Source: Octopus bimaculoides (taxonomy: Eukaryota). Taken from it: a DNA stretch of 36,437 nucleotides. The stretch is from NCBI RefSeq assembly GCF_001194135.2, contig NC_068989.1, forward strand, positions 43,612,766 through 43,649,202, in the 5' to 3' direction. This document shows, in pieces, positions 1 to 10,308 of the stretch. Position 1 is the stretch's first letter, and every line of letters starts with the position of its first letter. Made by a program: the position numbers and the translations under genes. The notes under the pieces are model-generated. The model saw only the letters and a program-made list of their open reading frames with translations. It was not told where the DNA came from and searched no databases.

Positions 1-212
1 CGAGCGTGGCCGTTTTCGTGCGGGTGACACGTAAAAGCACCCACTACACTCTCTGAGTGGTTGGCGTTAGGAAGGGCATCCAGCTGTAGAAACTCTGCCA
101 AATCAGACTGGAGCCTGGTGTTGCCATCCGGTTTCACCAGTCCTCAGTCAAATCGTCCAACCCATGCTAGCATGGAAAGCGGACGTTAAACGATGATGAT
201 GATGATGATGAT
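1..212 (+). mobile_element. 5'-truncated RTE-LINE 3' tail with (GAT)n end
   Basis: Same sequence as the terminal part of the RTE element at 4275-5275 (CCACTACACTCTC..GGAAGGGCATCCAGCTGTAGAAAC..CCAACCCATGCTAGCATGG..AAACGATGATGAT). Confidence 0.85.
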
Positions 213-214
213 TA

Positions 215-722
215 TTATTGGGTGAGAGTGCAGCACACACCATCAAATATATGAAGCCCATTATACCCATCATGACTACCCGTCTGATAAAGGTACACCA
301 GTCACATGCATTGCATTCATACGTGTGTGACATGGTGACCTCATATCAAGATAAAAAGCACTTGACCTTGCAGGTGGAGTCCAGTTAGAACTTTCTTTAG
401 GTTTCGTAGCTCAACCTGCTCAAAAGATCCCTGAATAAGGGTTATTTAAGGATGATGAATGAAACACCCATGTTTCTAGAGGTGAATTATTCAAGCCCTG
501 AAGAATCTTTCTCAACACATGGTTATGATGCTCCACCACTATCCTGCTCATTATCAAAGATGTACATATTGTCAGCTCCCAAGATTTAAGTCAAGCAACT
601 GATAAGCAAATCTACAGTTTTGAGCAGAATATATGCTTAGCTCATCTTTTGCACCAAGACAAAACATGTACATGTTAATACTTCCTATCCGTTAAGATCA
701 GAAGCCATGAGAGCCACTGCCT

Positions 723-767
<45 letters not shown>

Positions 768-768
768 T
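215..768 (+). repeat. Unclassified interspersed repeat ending in a (TAT)n tail
   Basis: Segment ~495-640 recurs in reverse orientation at ~9110-9275. It ends in (TAT)n at 724-768, suggesting a retroposon 3' end. Confidence 0.55.
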
Positions 769-1229
769 AATTTGAGTTTTGTTTTATGGTGTTTATTTTT
801 TGCCTGCTATATCTAAATAGCTAAAATGATATTGTGCATGTGAGATTGTTTTTATCACTTATGTTTGACCTTGCAATTCCCCATTTTAGTTAGAGTAGCT
901 TATGCAAATAACAGTCAATAAATCTTAGTGTTGATCATAAAGTGAAATGAATTTGTTCTTCCCTCCTAATCCATTTAAGCACAGGCATATATATATATAT
1001 ATCTGTCAAGAAGTACACAAGGTACTATTGCCGTAGTATGGCTAAATGTTCAAGAAGTTTGTTTCAGTCACAAGGTCCCTAGTTCAATCCTATTGCATAG
1101 CATCCTGGGCTTTCACTGCCTTTACTGTACTCTCATAGCAACTCACCTCAATCTTTAACACCTAATGCTCTCCCTCCCCATTCCATAGTCCATCTTTTAC
1201 CAAACACCTTTGACAATGTAATCTATCAT

Positions 1230-2080
1230 GATCATTTGATACTCCAGTTGTGCTCTGTGTACCATTGATGCCACCTTATACCCTTGCATGTGATCTCTCT
1301 TTTGTTTGCTGCCCTCACTTTGCTCTTCCCGCTCCACTTATCACCCAATCTCAGAGTGACTAGTGTTGTGGTATAACCAATATCAATGAGGGCCCTCACT
1401 TCCTTCCCTGTTAGTAACATGCAACAGGGTGCTTTTACTAGGTAGGAGTACCTACTATTGCACTAACTTTCCTTGCATATTTCCTCTATTGCACTATTTT
1501 ACTAGGTAGCCTTCCTGGCTGTCTTTAACAGCTAACTTTTGACTTCAGTTCTGTACAGTTTTTCACCATGTGTAGCTCCTGCCTCCTAAAACCCTGCTTT
1601 CCTTGGCTCCTCACCACCTGCATTTTGTCACCTTCTTTCACTAAGGCAGCTGTTTCAAGTCCTGTATCTTATGGAATGGTCATACCCTAACAGATGTCTG
1701 TGCTTGGCAACTGTTGAAGGGCTGCTGACATGTAGTCCATGAAACTAGTTATAAATCTTGCTAAGTCTGCCATCTTCCTAATTTCATTAGTGTAGACATC
1801 TATTGACTCCCCATTCCACCTCACTCTTCTTAGTTTCCCATAGGCCAGAAATACTCCTTCTGTGAATACCTCTTTAAATCTTACTTTAGTTTTTTTACCA
1901 CATTCAATTGATCCCGGTCATTGATCTCTAGGATACCAGCTCTAGAGATGAGTGACATCACCCTCTAAATTAACAGTATGGATCTAGCAAAGTCAGAAAT
2001 ATACAGGATCTTCACTTCTGGTTTCACTTTGTTAAGGTGCTTCTGTCACATCTTAATCTCACCTTCTGTGCCATCTTCTA
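1230..2080 (-). mobile_element. Degenerate Ty3/Gypsy-like gag-protease fragment
   Basis: Minus strand gives gag-like ..LRRVRWNGESIDVYTNEIRKMADLA.. near 1770-1870, followed by an aspartic-protease-like EVRALIDIG (decayed DTG) in ORF 1232-1420. Stops and frameshifts are present. Confidence 0.6.
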
Positions 2081-2094
2081 TGTTTTTACAGAAA

Positions 2095-2217
2095 TAGCTT
2101 ATAAGCAAATCAGATTAGAACCTGGTGCAGCTCTCCTGCTTGCCAGCTCTGATCAAACTGTCCAACCCATGCCAGCATGGAAAACGGATGTTAAATGATG
2201 ATGATGATGATGGTGAT
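2095..2217 (+). mobile_element. RTE-LINE 3' tail fragment
   Basis: CCAACCCATGCCAGCATGGAAAACGGATGTTAAATGATGATGAT tail motif. Confidence 0.8.
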
Positions 2218-2499
2218 GTACTGGCTGAGAAAAACAAAAATTTGCCAACCTGATCGTCGTCTTTTCATTATATCAACAAAAAATTTAATAATCACTGCTC
2301 TTACAAAACTCTATACACAGTAATCCTATAACAAGTTTTGGCAATAACAGGCCCACTTACTCATACACTCACCTCAAACCACAGTATCCTTACAAACTCA
2401 AAAGAGAGAAAAAAAAAAAACTGATAAAAAACACATCTCTTCCCATTCAGCTATGACTCTCCTGCCATGGTTCCCATCTGGTTCTTTATAATAATGATA

Positions 2500-2790
2500 A
2501 CCAGAGCACTCAGAGAGCACAAACCTCTGCCAAGGCAACACCAACGTCCTCTCAACAGTTAGCCAGAGATGGTTTTTAAAATGAGAATATCTGAAATAAA
2601 CTCGACTGCTCTCACAAACAACAATACTAAAAATGAACCCAACCGCTCTAAAAAATTTAGTAAAAAACAGGAAAAATTATCAAGAATCCTTTTCCGATAC
2701 CAAATCAATCCCCAAATCTAATCAATTTGTGCCAGTCACGAGGCCAAACATTCCCAAAAGTTTCATCTGAATCCATCTCTTAGATTCCAT
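2500..2790. repeat. Probable non-autonomous interspersed DNA element (Helitron-like family suspected)
   Basis: Starts AGAGCACTCAGAGAGCACAAACCTCTGCCAAGG and ends AATCTAATCAATT..TTTCATCTGAATCC, which I recall from aquatic-animal non-autonomous repeats. No second copy is present in the window. Confidence 0.35.
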
Positions 2791-3079
2791 TTCTAATCGA
2801 TTGTATGTTTATTTTTACTTTACAGTACACTAATATCATGCAATCATTCAGAGATAGACTTCCTTCCTTACCAGTAGAGATATAGCTTTTTGAACTTTTT
2901 CCATTGTGTTCTTACTCTGGTTGTTATGTTTTCAGAGCACCCTCCTTCACTACTTCTAGGGAGACAGCCAAGCATTAAAAAAGAAATTAATTCTATAGGT
3001 ACTCGTAAGATGTACTACTCATATAAAGCTCTTCTCTGTTATACAATCCCACTGTATCTTGTGCACACACAGACGTCAG

Positions 3080-3488
3080 CACTGATTGGCATTTCTACTT
3101 TTGGGCCTCACAGAGGCAATGTAGCTGATGATAGTGTCGCATATTCAGCACCTGTGCCAGTGGAATGTAAAAAGCACCTTTTGAACATTGGGCCTCACGG
3201 GGGCAACGACAAATGACTGAGACCTTTGGCAATATGCTGTGCTTGAGAAGAAGACCCATCAAGCCAAGTGAAATCATAGTTGTGACAGATACTGGTGTCA
3301 TGCAACTGGCACCCATGCCGGTGGCAGGTTAGACCACCCATTACTCAGAGCTGTTGGCGTTAGGAAGGCATCCGGCCATAGAAACCATGCCAAATCAGAC
3401 TGGGGTCTGGTGCAACCCCTCAGCTTACCAGCCCTGGTCAACTGTTAAACCCATGCCAGCATGGACAACGGATGTTAAATGATGATGA
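3080..3488 (+). mobile_element. RTE-LINE 3' end, short-3'UTR subfamily
   Basis: GAGACCTTTGGCAATATGCTGTGCTTGAGAAG..CAAGCCAAGTGA matches the ORF end (DRDLWKYAVLEKTRQAK*) of the 4275-5275 copy, followed by the common tail and (GAT)n. Confidence 0.8.
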
Positions 3489-4118
3489 CTTCCTCCTTTT
3501 TTCTCTTTTGGTCAAGAGGGAAGCTTATATCTGTGACCCTTCACAGGGTCTCTGAGATTAGTGCAAGGGAGGTAGGAAGCTGTTCTCGAGCCAATAACCT
3601 GGCCTGAGTGCTTACATAGTGGACTTTGCTAAAGGCACCCAAGGTGCCGGGCAGTGGTATTGAACTGGGCAAGAGATTAAGTCTACCATCCAAGTAAGCC
3701 ACTGTAGGATCTGAACTCTGAATATAAAGAGTTGGAAGAAAACACTGCAACGTATCAGCTGTGACATTCTTAGAATTCCACTAATCCATCGTGAAGATGG
3801 ATACTTTTTTTTAATCAACCCTAAAAAGAGAAAAGGCAAGTTGATCTCAACAGGATTTGAATTCAGAATACCAAGTCAGAACAAATACTGCAATGAAAGC
3901 CACTTCCCAATTGGAGGTCTTCTTTTATAGTAAAACTTTTGTCTTTGCAAAGTTTCTAAGAATTGCTTCAACATATAGAATATTTTCTTTCATTCTTTGA
4001 CAGATTCAACAATGGGGACAAAGTCATTGATTGCACAGGCAACCAGTTTTAAATTTCTATTCTGGCCTCTACCCCCCCCCCCCCCCCACTCACACACTTA
4101 TCATTTAATGAATATAGA

Positions 4119-4192
4119 AGTTATACATGAGCTACTTCAAGTTTCATGCTCAGCTATCAAAGCATGAAACTTGAAGTAGCTCATGTATAACT
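4119..4192. repeat. Perfect 32-bp inverted repeat with 10-nt loop
   Basis: 4119-4150 AGTTATACATGAGCTACTTCAAGTTTCATGCT is the exact reverse complement of 4161-4192; the loop is CAGCTATCAA. Confidence 0.95.
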
Positions 4193-4274
4193 CTTATACC
4201 TGTATTCATCAAATTATATTTACCTCTTGCTGAATTGAGGGCTTTATTTGTTGAGTCTATCAACAAATACAATA

Positions 4275-5275
4275 TCATCATCATCGTTTAACGTCTGCTT
4301 TCCATGCTGGCATGGGTTGGACGATTTGACTGAGGACTGGCGAGCCAGATGGCTGCACCAGGCTCCAATCTGATCTGGTAGAGTTTCTACAGCTGGATGC
4401 CCTTCCTAATGCCAACCACTCTGAGAGTGTAGTGGGTGCTTTTACGTGCCACCGGCACGAGGGCCAGTCAGGCGGTACTGGCAATGGCCATGCTTAAATG
4501 GTGTTTTTTACGTGCCTCCTGCACAGGAGCCAGTCCAGCGACACTGGCAATGACCTCGCTCGAATATTGTTTTACACGTGCCACTGGCACAAGTGCCAGT
4601 AAGGCAACGCTGGTAACGATCTCACTCGAATGGTACTTTTTACATACCACCGGCATGGGAGCCAGTCAGCGGCCCTGGCAACGATCATGCTCGGATGGTG
4701 CTCTTAGCACTGCACCAGCAAGGATGCCAGTCATACGGTGCTGTCATTGAATTTGTCTCAACAGGTCTTCGCAAGCAGATTTTAGTGTCCAATGAAGGAA
4801 AGGTACGCATAAGTAGGCTGGTTACACCCCTGGCATAGGCTACGGATTATCGTCTCACTTGGCTTGCCGGGTCTTCTCAAGCACAGCATATTTCCAAAGG
4901 TCTCGGTCACTAGTCATTGCCTCGGTGAGGCCTAATGTTCGAAGGTCGTGCTTCACCACCTCATCCCAGATCTTCCTGGGTCTACCTCTTTCACAGGTTC
5001 CCTCAACCGCTAGGGTGTGGTACTTTTTCACACAGCTATCCTCATCCATTCTCGCCACATGACCATACCAGCGCAATCGTCTCTCTTGCACACCACAACT
5101 GATGCTTCTTAGGTCCAACTTTTCTCTCAAGGTACTTACACTCTGTCGAGTATGCACACTGACATAACACATCCATCGGAGAATACTGGCTTCATTCCTT
5201 GCGAGTTTATGTATGTCCTCAGCAGTCACGGCTCATGTTTCACTGCCATGTAGCATGCGTCATACAGTCTGTGAT
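4275..5275 (-). mobile_element. RTE-clade LINE, 5'-truncated (C-terminal ORF end plus long 3' UTR and (GAT)n tail)
   Basis: ORF 4855-5229 carries RTE C-terminal motifs RRLRWYGHVARM and GRPRKIWDEVV..DRDLW. The 3' UTR has ~65-bp tandem units and the element ends in (GAT)n at ~4275-4285. Confidence 0.92.
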
Positions 5276-5445
5276 TGTATTGAAAATACATAATAGTGAA
5301 TCATTGGTATTTATATACCTGTTGACAAAATTTCAATTCTGTGCATAAAAAGTTAACAAAGTTACAACCAAATATTGTTGATAACCTTGAGCATTATTAA
5401 TCCAAAACAATGTGAATAAATAAGCATTATATTTGACTGAGTAAT

Positions 5446-5625
5446 CATCATCATTCTTTAACGTCCATTTTCCATGCTGGCATGGGTTGAACAGTTTGAC
5501 CAGACCTGGCAAGCCAGGTGGCTGCACCAAGTTCCAGTTTGATTTGGCATGGTTCTATGGCTGGATGCCCTTACTAACACCAGTCACTTTACAGTATGTG
5601 CTGGGTGCTTTTTACATGGCACAGG
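5446..5625 (-). mobile_element. RTE-LINE 3' tail fragment
   Basis: Reverse-orientation tail motif CATCATCAT..CCATGCTGGCATGGGTTG..GGATGCCCTT..GGTGCTTTTTAC. Confidence 0.8.
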
Positions 5626-6175
5626 CACAAGACTTTTTCAGGCGAGGCCTCTTCTCCAAGGAGAGCAGCCTTAAACCTTATGCTGTACCCTCCTTGAGTA
5701 TAGCAAGATACCAGGTATAGGGTTGAACAAATTAACTTTGAAATAATATAGAATGTATTGTGAAGCAAATCAGTGACAGAAAAGTACCAATATATCTACT
5801 CAGTCACACTCTCATATATAATTATACAGAGTATGTTACATTCTTCAGACACCGTTTGATTTTTTTTCTCTTCTTTTTATTCTTTCTCATTCAGTCTGTT
5901 ATAACTTCTCCCTCTCTCTGTCTACCCTTCCTCCATTATTCAATCTGTTACAACTTGTATCTTCCTTTTCATCTTATCTCTATCACTCCCTTATTCAATC
6001 TATTATATCTTGTATTTTTCTCTTGTCCATCTCTCTATTTCTGTCTGTCTGTTTGCCTCTCTCTCTGTTTCTCTGTCATTCACTCTCTCTGTCTCTCTCT
6101 CTCTCACTTTCCTTATTCTGTTATGAATAAATCAAATGTTCTCATATTTCCTTTCTCCATCTTCGGTTTCTTCAG

Positions 6176-6241
6176 GCTGACATATCTCTAAATCGCAAAG
6201 TATTAGCCGACATCGCCATCTATGAACCACGCACGTTTAAG
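6176..6241 (+). CDS. MRPL20: Mitochondrial ribosomal protein L20 (bL20m), penultimate coding exon: ADISLNRKVLADIAIYEPRTFK
   Basis: Polypyrimidine tract and TTCAG acceptor (AG 6174-6175), 66 nt in phase 0, donor GTATTT at 6242. It encodes the bL20 signature LNRKVLADxAIYEPxTFK. Confidence 0.95.
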
Positions 6242-6323
6242 GTATTTATGACAAGTTTCTCTGGAATTGTTTTTGTTTTATCTAAAATTTCAAATGCAAA
6301 TTAAAGTTGAGCATAATGTTTTT

Positions 6324-6445
6324 TCGGGGTCTATAATTAAGTACCAGTTACGCACTGGGGTCAATGTAATTGACTTAATCCATTTGTCTGTCCTTGTTTG
6401 TCCCCTCTATGTTTAGCCCCTTGTGGGCAATAAAGAAATAAGAAA
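6324..6445 (+). mobile_element. 3' part of tRNA-derived SINE (type C here)
   Basis: CGGGGTCTATAATTAAGTACCAGTT..CTGGGGTCAATGTAATTGAC is the reverse complement of the core of the many minus-strand copies at 15.6-21.2 kb. Confidence 0.7.
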
Positions 6446-6449
6446 CTTG

Positions 6450-6537
6450 AAGCTACAAAATAATGCATTGTTAATTCTAAACAATGTGGATTAATAAGCA
6501 TTCCATTTGACAGAGTAATCTGAATACTAAAGGGTTA
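6450..6537 (+). mobile_element. Right end of a piggyBac-like non-autonomous element
   Basis: Ends in AAAGGG|TTAA. The internal sequence recurs at ~5385-5448. The left end is not visible. Confidence 0.45.
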
Positions 6538-6800
6538 AGGTTTGCATAGACAGTGTTGGTCAATGTCTTCTATAGCTGTGGGTTGTATATATATATATGA
6601 ACATATGCATAAATATGTGTGTGTATGTATGTGTTATTTTTGTCTTCACAATTTATGCAAATAGTGACATTTGCTTACAATTTTCCATGTGATTATGTCT
6701 GGTTATTGAGCTGTTCGTTGTTCAAATGTTTAGGAGAAACACACATACACACATATATATATATGTGTGTGTGTGTGTATATATATATACATTTATATAT

Positions 6801-7009
6801 GCCAGTACCGCCTGACTAGCCTTCGTGCCGGTGGCACGTAAAAGCACCCACTACACTCTCGGAGTGGTTGGCGTTAGGAAGAGCATCCAGCTGTAGAAAC
6901 TCTGCCAAATCAGATTGGAGCCTAGTGTAGCCATCTGGTTCACCAGTCCTCAGTCAAATTGTCCAACCCATGCTAGCATAGAAAGCGGACATTAAACGAT
7001 GATGATGAT
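6801..7009 (+). mobile_element. RTE-LINE 3' tail
   Basis: Full ~200-bp tail with one 3'UTR subrepeat and (GAT)n. Confidence 0.85.
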
Positions 7010-7059
7010 ATATATTATGTGTGTGTGTGTGTGTATAAATATATATATATATATATATA

Positions 7060-7092
<33 letters not shown>

Positions 7093-7109
7093 ATATATAT
7101 GTATCTATC

Positions 7110-7140
<31 letters not shown>

Positions 7141-7165
7141 TTACACGCGCACACACACACACACG
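7010..7165. repeat. Compound (TG)n/(TA)n/(CA)n microsatellite
   Basis: Direct reading. Confidence 0.95.
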
Positions 7166-7166
7166 T

Positions 7167-8003
7167 GTGATGGGTAAATTGTCGCCATTTTATATTTTTA
7201 ATTTCGCGAATGCACGTTGTTTGTTTTTGATTTTATCGACTACACAGTATAGTAGGATCAGTTGAGCACTATCTGTGAGAAAAACAGCAGTATGACGCAA
7301 TTCACTTTGCCAGAAATCTGGAAACAACAAACGGCATGCTCTGCTGCTTGGAATTCATACTGGAATGAACATTTCAGAGTGTTTGGGTGTCAATCTCAGG
7401 ACATGTACCAAGAGTGACCAAAATGAAACATCCAGTCAACATCATGGTGTTTGGAGTGATCACTAGTGATGACGATGTTATGCCTCCATTTATCTTCCCA
7501 CACAACCTCAGACTCAACATGGAGGCCTACATCAAGTGCCTGGAAGAGATATTGCTGCCCTGGATCAAGAGGGTGGCTGCTGGAAGACCCTATGTCTGGC
7601 AACAGGACTCTGCACCATGCCACACAGGCAGGGGAACCCAGTCATGGCTGTCAGACAATTTCTGTGACCACATCACCCTTAACATCTGGCCACTTAACTC
7701 CCCAGACTGCAACCCTTTTGATTATTATGTGTCGAGTGTATTTGAGCGAGAGACCAACAAAACTTTTTGTATCACCAAAGATGATTATGGCAGCATTCAC
7801 CAACTTAAACAAGGAGACTGTCCAGAAGAGATTTCGAAGTCGGCTGGAGGCTGTGGTTGAAGCCAATGGCGATTTTATCAAATAAATTTACTCGTTAGTA
7901 TTTCAAGATGTTTTTATGTAATTTTGGTAGATATATCTGTTAAAATGAAATGTCTGTGTTAGTGTCATTTTTGCATAACTTAGATGACAATATATTCACC
8001 ATA
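7167..8003 (+). mobile_element. Internally deleted Tc1/mariner transposon (maT/DD37D-like), non-functional transposase
   Basis: N-terminal remnant from ATG 7292 (frameshifted; KRHALLLGIH..ISECLGVNLRT) is joined to the catalytic region MVFGVI..WQQDSAPCHT..WPLNSPDCNPFDYYV (ORF 7387-7860). A C-terminal RLEAVVEANGDFIK* lies in another frame. The ends are degenerate. Confidence 0.85.
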
Positions 8004-8025
8004 ATATATATATATATATATATAT

Positions 8026-8181
8026 AGGAGTGGCTGTGTGGTAAGTAGCTACTTACCAACCACATAGTTTCAGGTTCAGTCCCACTGTGTGGTACTTTGG
8101 GCAAGTGTCTTCTACTATAGCCTCGGGCCAACCAAAGCCTTGTGAGTGGATTTGGTAGATGGAAACTGAAAGAAGCCCGTC

Positions 8182-8262
<81 letters not shown>

Positions 8263-8430
8263 CACATATATATATGTGTGTATGTATGTGTGTGTGTATG
8301 TTTGTGTCTGTGTTTGTTCCCCCAGCATCGCTTGACAGCTGATGCTGGTGTGTTTACGTCCCCGTAACATAGCAGTTTGGCAAAAGAGACCGATAGAATA
8401 AGTACTAGGCTTACAATGAATAAGTCCTGG
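8026..8430 (+). mobile_element. tRNA-derived CORE-like SINE (type A) with internal (TA)n/(TG)n
   Basis: A-box GTGGCTGTGTGG, B-box GGTTCAGTCCC, CORE-like CTTTGGGCAAGTGTCTT, internal microsatellite, tail GATAGAATAAGTACTAGGCTTAC. Confidence 0.88.
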
Positions 8431-8520
8431 TCAATAGAGTGGTTTGCTCTTGGGTAACTCTATGAAGTAAGATTTACTACTTGTGATCTAATTTTACAGA
8501 ACCTTGTTATTTTAATCGTG

Positions 8521-8810
8521 AAGGCGCATGGCTCAGTGGTTAGTGTTGGGCTCACAGTCATGATGCAGGGAGTTCGATTCCCTGACTAGGCTGTGTGTTG
8601 TGTTCTTGAGCAAGACACTTTATTCCACATTGCTCCTGTTCACTCAGCTGTAGAAACGAGTCATGACATCACTGGTACCAAGCTGTATCAGACTTTGTCT
8701 TCGTCTTGGATAACATCGGTGGCATGGAGAAGGGGTGATGGTATGCATAGGTGACTGCTAGTCTTCCACAAACAACCTTGCCCAGACTTGTGCCTTGGAG
8801 GGTCATTTAT
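8521..8810 (+). mobile_element. tRNA-derived SINE (second head type)
   Basis: A-box TGGCTCAGTGG, B-box GAGTTCGATTCC, CORE-like GTGTTCTTGAGCAAGACACTTT. Confidence 0.75.
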
Positions 8811-9109
8811 GACAAAAGGGGACCTTTACTCTATTATTTTAATCATCCCATGTTATATGAATCATGGTGATAATGATGAGATTCTTACTTGCTGAATGTA
8901 GAGGGAAGGGCAGTGCCCATGGCCTCTCAACCCCACCTAAACCAATGAGATTGTTTCTAGGGAAACATTAATGTTTCCCTCGAAATTTTGTAAATCAACT
9001 CTTGTTGGAAATTCCCTTCAAACTTTGTTTTTGTGACCTGCACATGAAATGTTTTGAACCTGACCTATTTTCCATTACTTTCCAGACAGATTCAGCACAG
9101 AAATATCAT

Positions 9110-9275
9110 CATAGCCAATATTCCGCTCAGTACCACAGATTTGCTTGTCAATTGCTTGACCATAACCACATGAGCATGTCCCTTAGTGGCTGACAATATG
9201 TGCATCTCTGATGATGAGCAGGAGTAGTGGGTGAGCATCATAGCCACACGTTGAAAGGGATTCTTTGGGATTTGA
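9110..9275 (-). repeat. Fragment of the 215-768 repeat family, inverted
   Basis: GCTGACAATATGTGCATCTCTGATGATGAGCAGGAGTAGTGGGTGAGCATCAT is the near reverse complement of ~526-578. Confidence 0.7.
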
Positions 9276-9463
9276 ATGAATGTGACAAAAGCAAAGTTTG
9301 AAGGAAATATTAGCCATTTTTCATAATTTCTAAGGGCAAGCAAATAGGAAATAACAGTTGCTACCCAAGGACAAAAATCGTGTTACACAGTATTATCAAT
9401 CACTAATATATTGATTTGATTTGAGATGATCTTGATGAGTTCCATCTTTTTTCTTTTTTTCAG

Positions 9464-9565
9464 AGTTTAACTGAATTAGCAAAACAACATCACAAAGAAA
9501 TGGGATTCACACCAAAAGGCCTTGATGGTCCACCTCCTGGCATTATTTTGCGTACAATGCTGTGA
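9464..9565 (+). CDS. MRPL20: MRPL20 terminal coding exon: SLTELAKQHHKEMGFTPKGLDGPPPGIILRTML*
   Basis: Strong acceptor TTTTTTCTTTTTTTCAG (AG 9462-9463), phase 0. It continues ..TFK|SLxxLA as in bL20m and has a C-terminal P-x-GI motif like metazoan MRPL20. Stop is TGA 9563-9565, followed by TAG. Confidence 0.92.
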   Translation, partial: SLTELAKQHHKEMGFTPKGLDGPPPGIILRTML

Positions 9566-9615
9566 TAGAGACAATTTTTTAAATACTTTTTTGTTGTGTT
9601 TTAGATATTCTTTTC

Positions 9616-9621
9616 AATAAA
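9616..9621 (+). terminator. Candidate polyadenylation signal (AATAAA) of MRPL20
   Basis: AATAAA ~50 nt after the stop; a second AATAAA is at 9640-9645. Confidence 0.6.
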
Positions 9622-9761
9622 AATTCTATCTGTAAAAAAAATAAATAATGACAAAACAAAAATCTATCCTTGCAGAGTGATTAATTATGAAATGGAAATA
9701 ACTTACTTTTTAGCAAAAGGGCATTATTTGAATTTAGTACTAAATCTAAATTCATTATTCT

Positions 9762-9945
9762 TTCCTACTCTAGGCACAAGGCCTGAAATCTTGGGGGAGG
9801 GGGCCAGTCGATTAGATCAACTCCAGTATGTAACTGGTACTTAATTTATCGACCCCAAAAGGATGAAAGGCAAAGTCAACCTTGACAGAATTTGAACTCA
9901 GGACGTAAAGACAGACGAAATACCGCTAAGCATTTCGCCTGGCTT
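9762..9945 (-). mobile_element. tRNA-derived SINE type C
   Basis: Minus strand has B-box GAGTTCAAATTC, then GACTTTGCCTTTCATCC..AAGTACCAGTT..GGCCTTGTGCC. Confidence 0.85.
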
Positions 9946-9964
9946 ACTAAGTATTTATTATCAA

Positions 9965-10308
9965 AGCAGGCATGGTTATATAGTTATAAAGTTCTTCACA
10001 GAACCAAATAGTTCTGGATTCAGTTCCACTGTGGGGACCATTTGGAAACTGTCTTTGATTATACAGCCTCAAGTTGACCAAAACCTTGTGAGTAGAATTG
10101 AAAAATGAAAACTAAGAAGAAACCCAATGCGTGTACGTGCATGTGCATCCACATGCATGTGGATACCAACTGCACATGTCCACATTCTTTGGAATGCAGT
10201 AAATCCAGTAGTTTCAGCAGCTTTGTTACTTTTAATACGTGAGGACCAGTGGAATGAAAATACCTTACTTGGAAAGCAGATATGGGTTGGTGACAGGAAG
10301 AGCATCCA
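9965..10308 (+). mobile_element. CORE-like SINE (type A head) with RTE-like tail (type B)
   Basis: Head is homologous to 8026-8170. The tail CCTTACTTGGAAAGCAG..GGTTGGTGACAGGAAGAGCATCC resembles the RTE tail TTGGCGTTAGGAAGGGCATCC. Confidence 0.7.

Noticed and set aside
2936-2998. Exon-like segment (TTTTCAG..ATAG|GT) in ORF 2890-3216
   Set aside because: The only open frame (HPPSLLLGRQPSIKKEINSI) has no resemblance to the missing MRPL20 exon (expected LWIxRIxAA..EHG).
5642-5714. Exon-like segment with AG/GT ends upstream of the MRPL20 exon
   Set aside because: It is not bL20-like in any frame and begins within an RTE tail flank.
5760-6191. 143-aa hydrophobic ORF suggesting a membrane protein
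   Set aside because: It is a translation of the CT-rich polypyrimidine tract upstream of the MRPL20 acceptor.
7387-7860. 157-aa ORF as a host gene
   Set aside because: It is a truncated Tc1/mariner transposase core within a deleted element.
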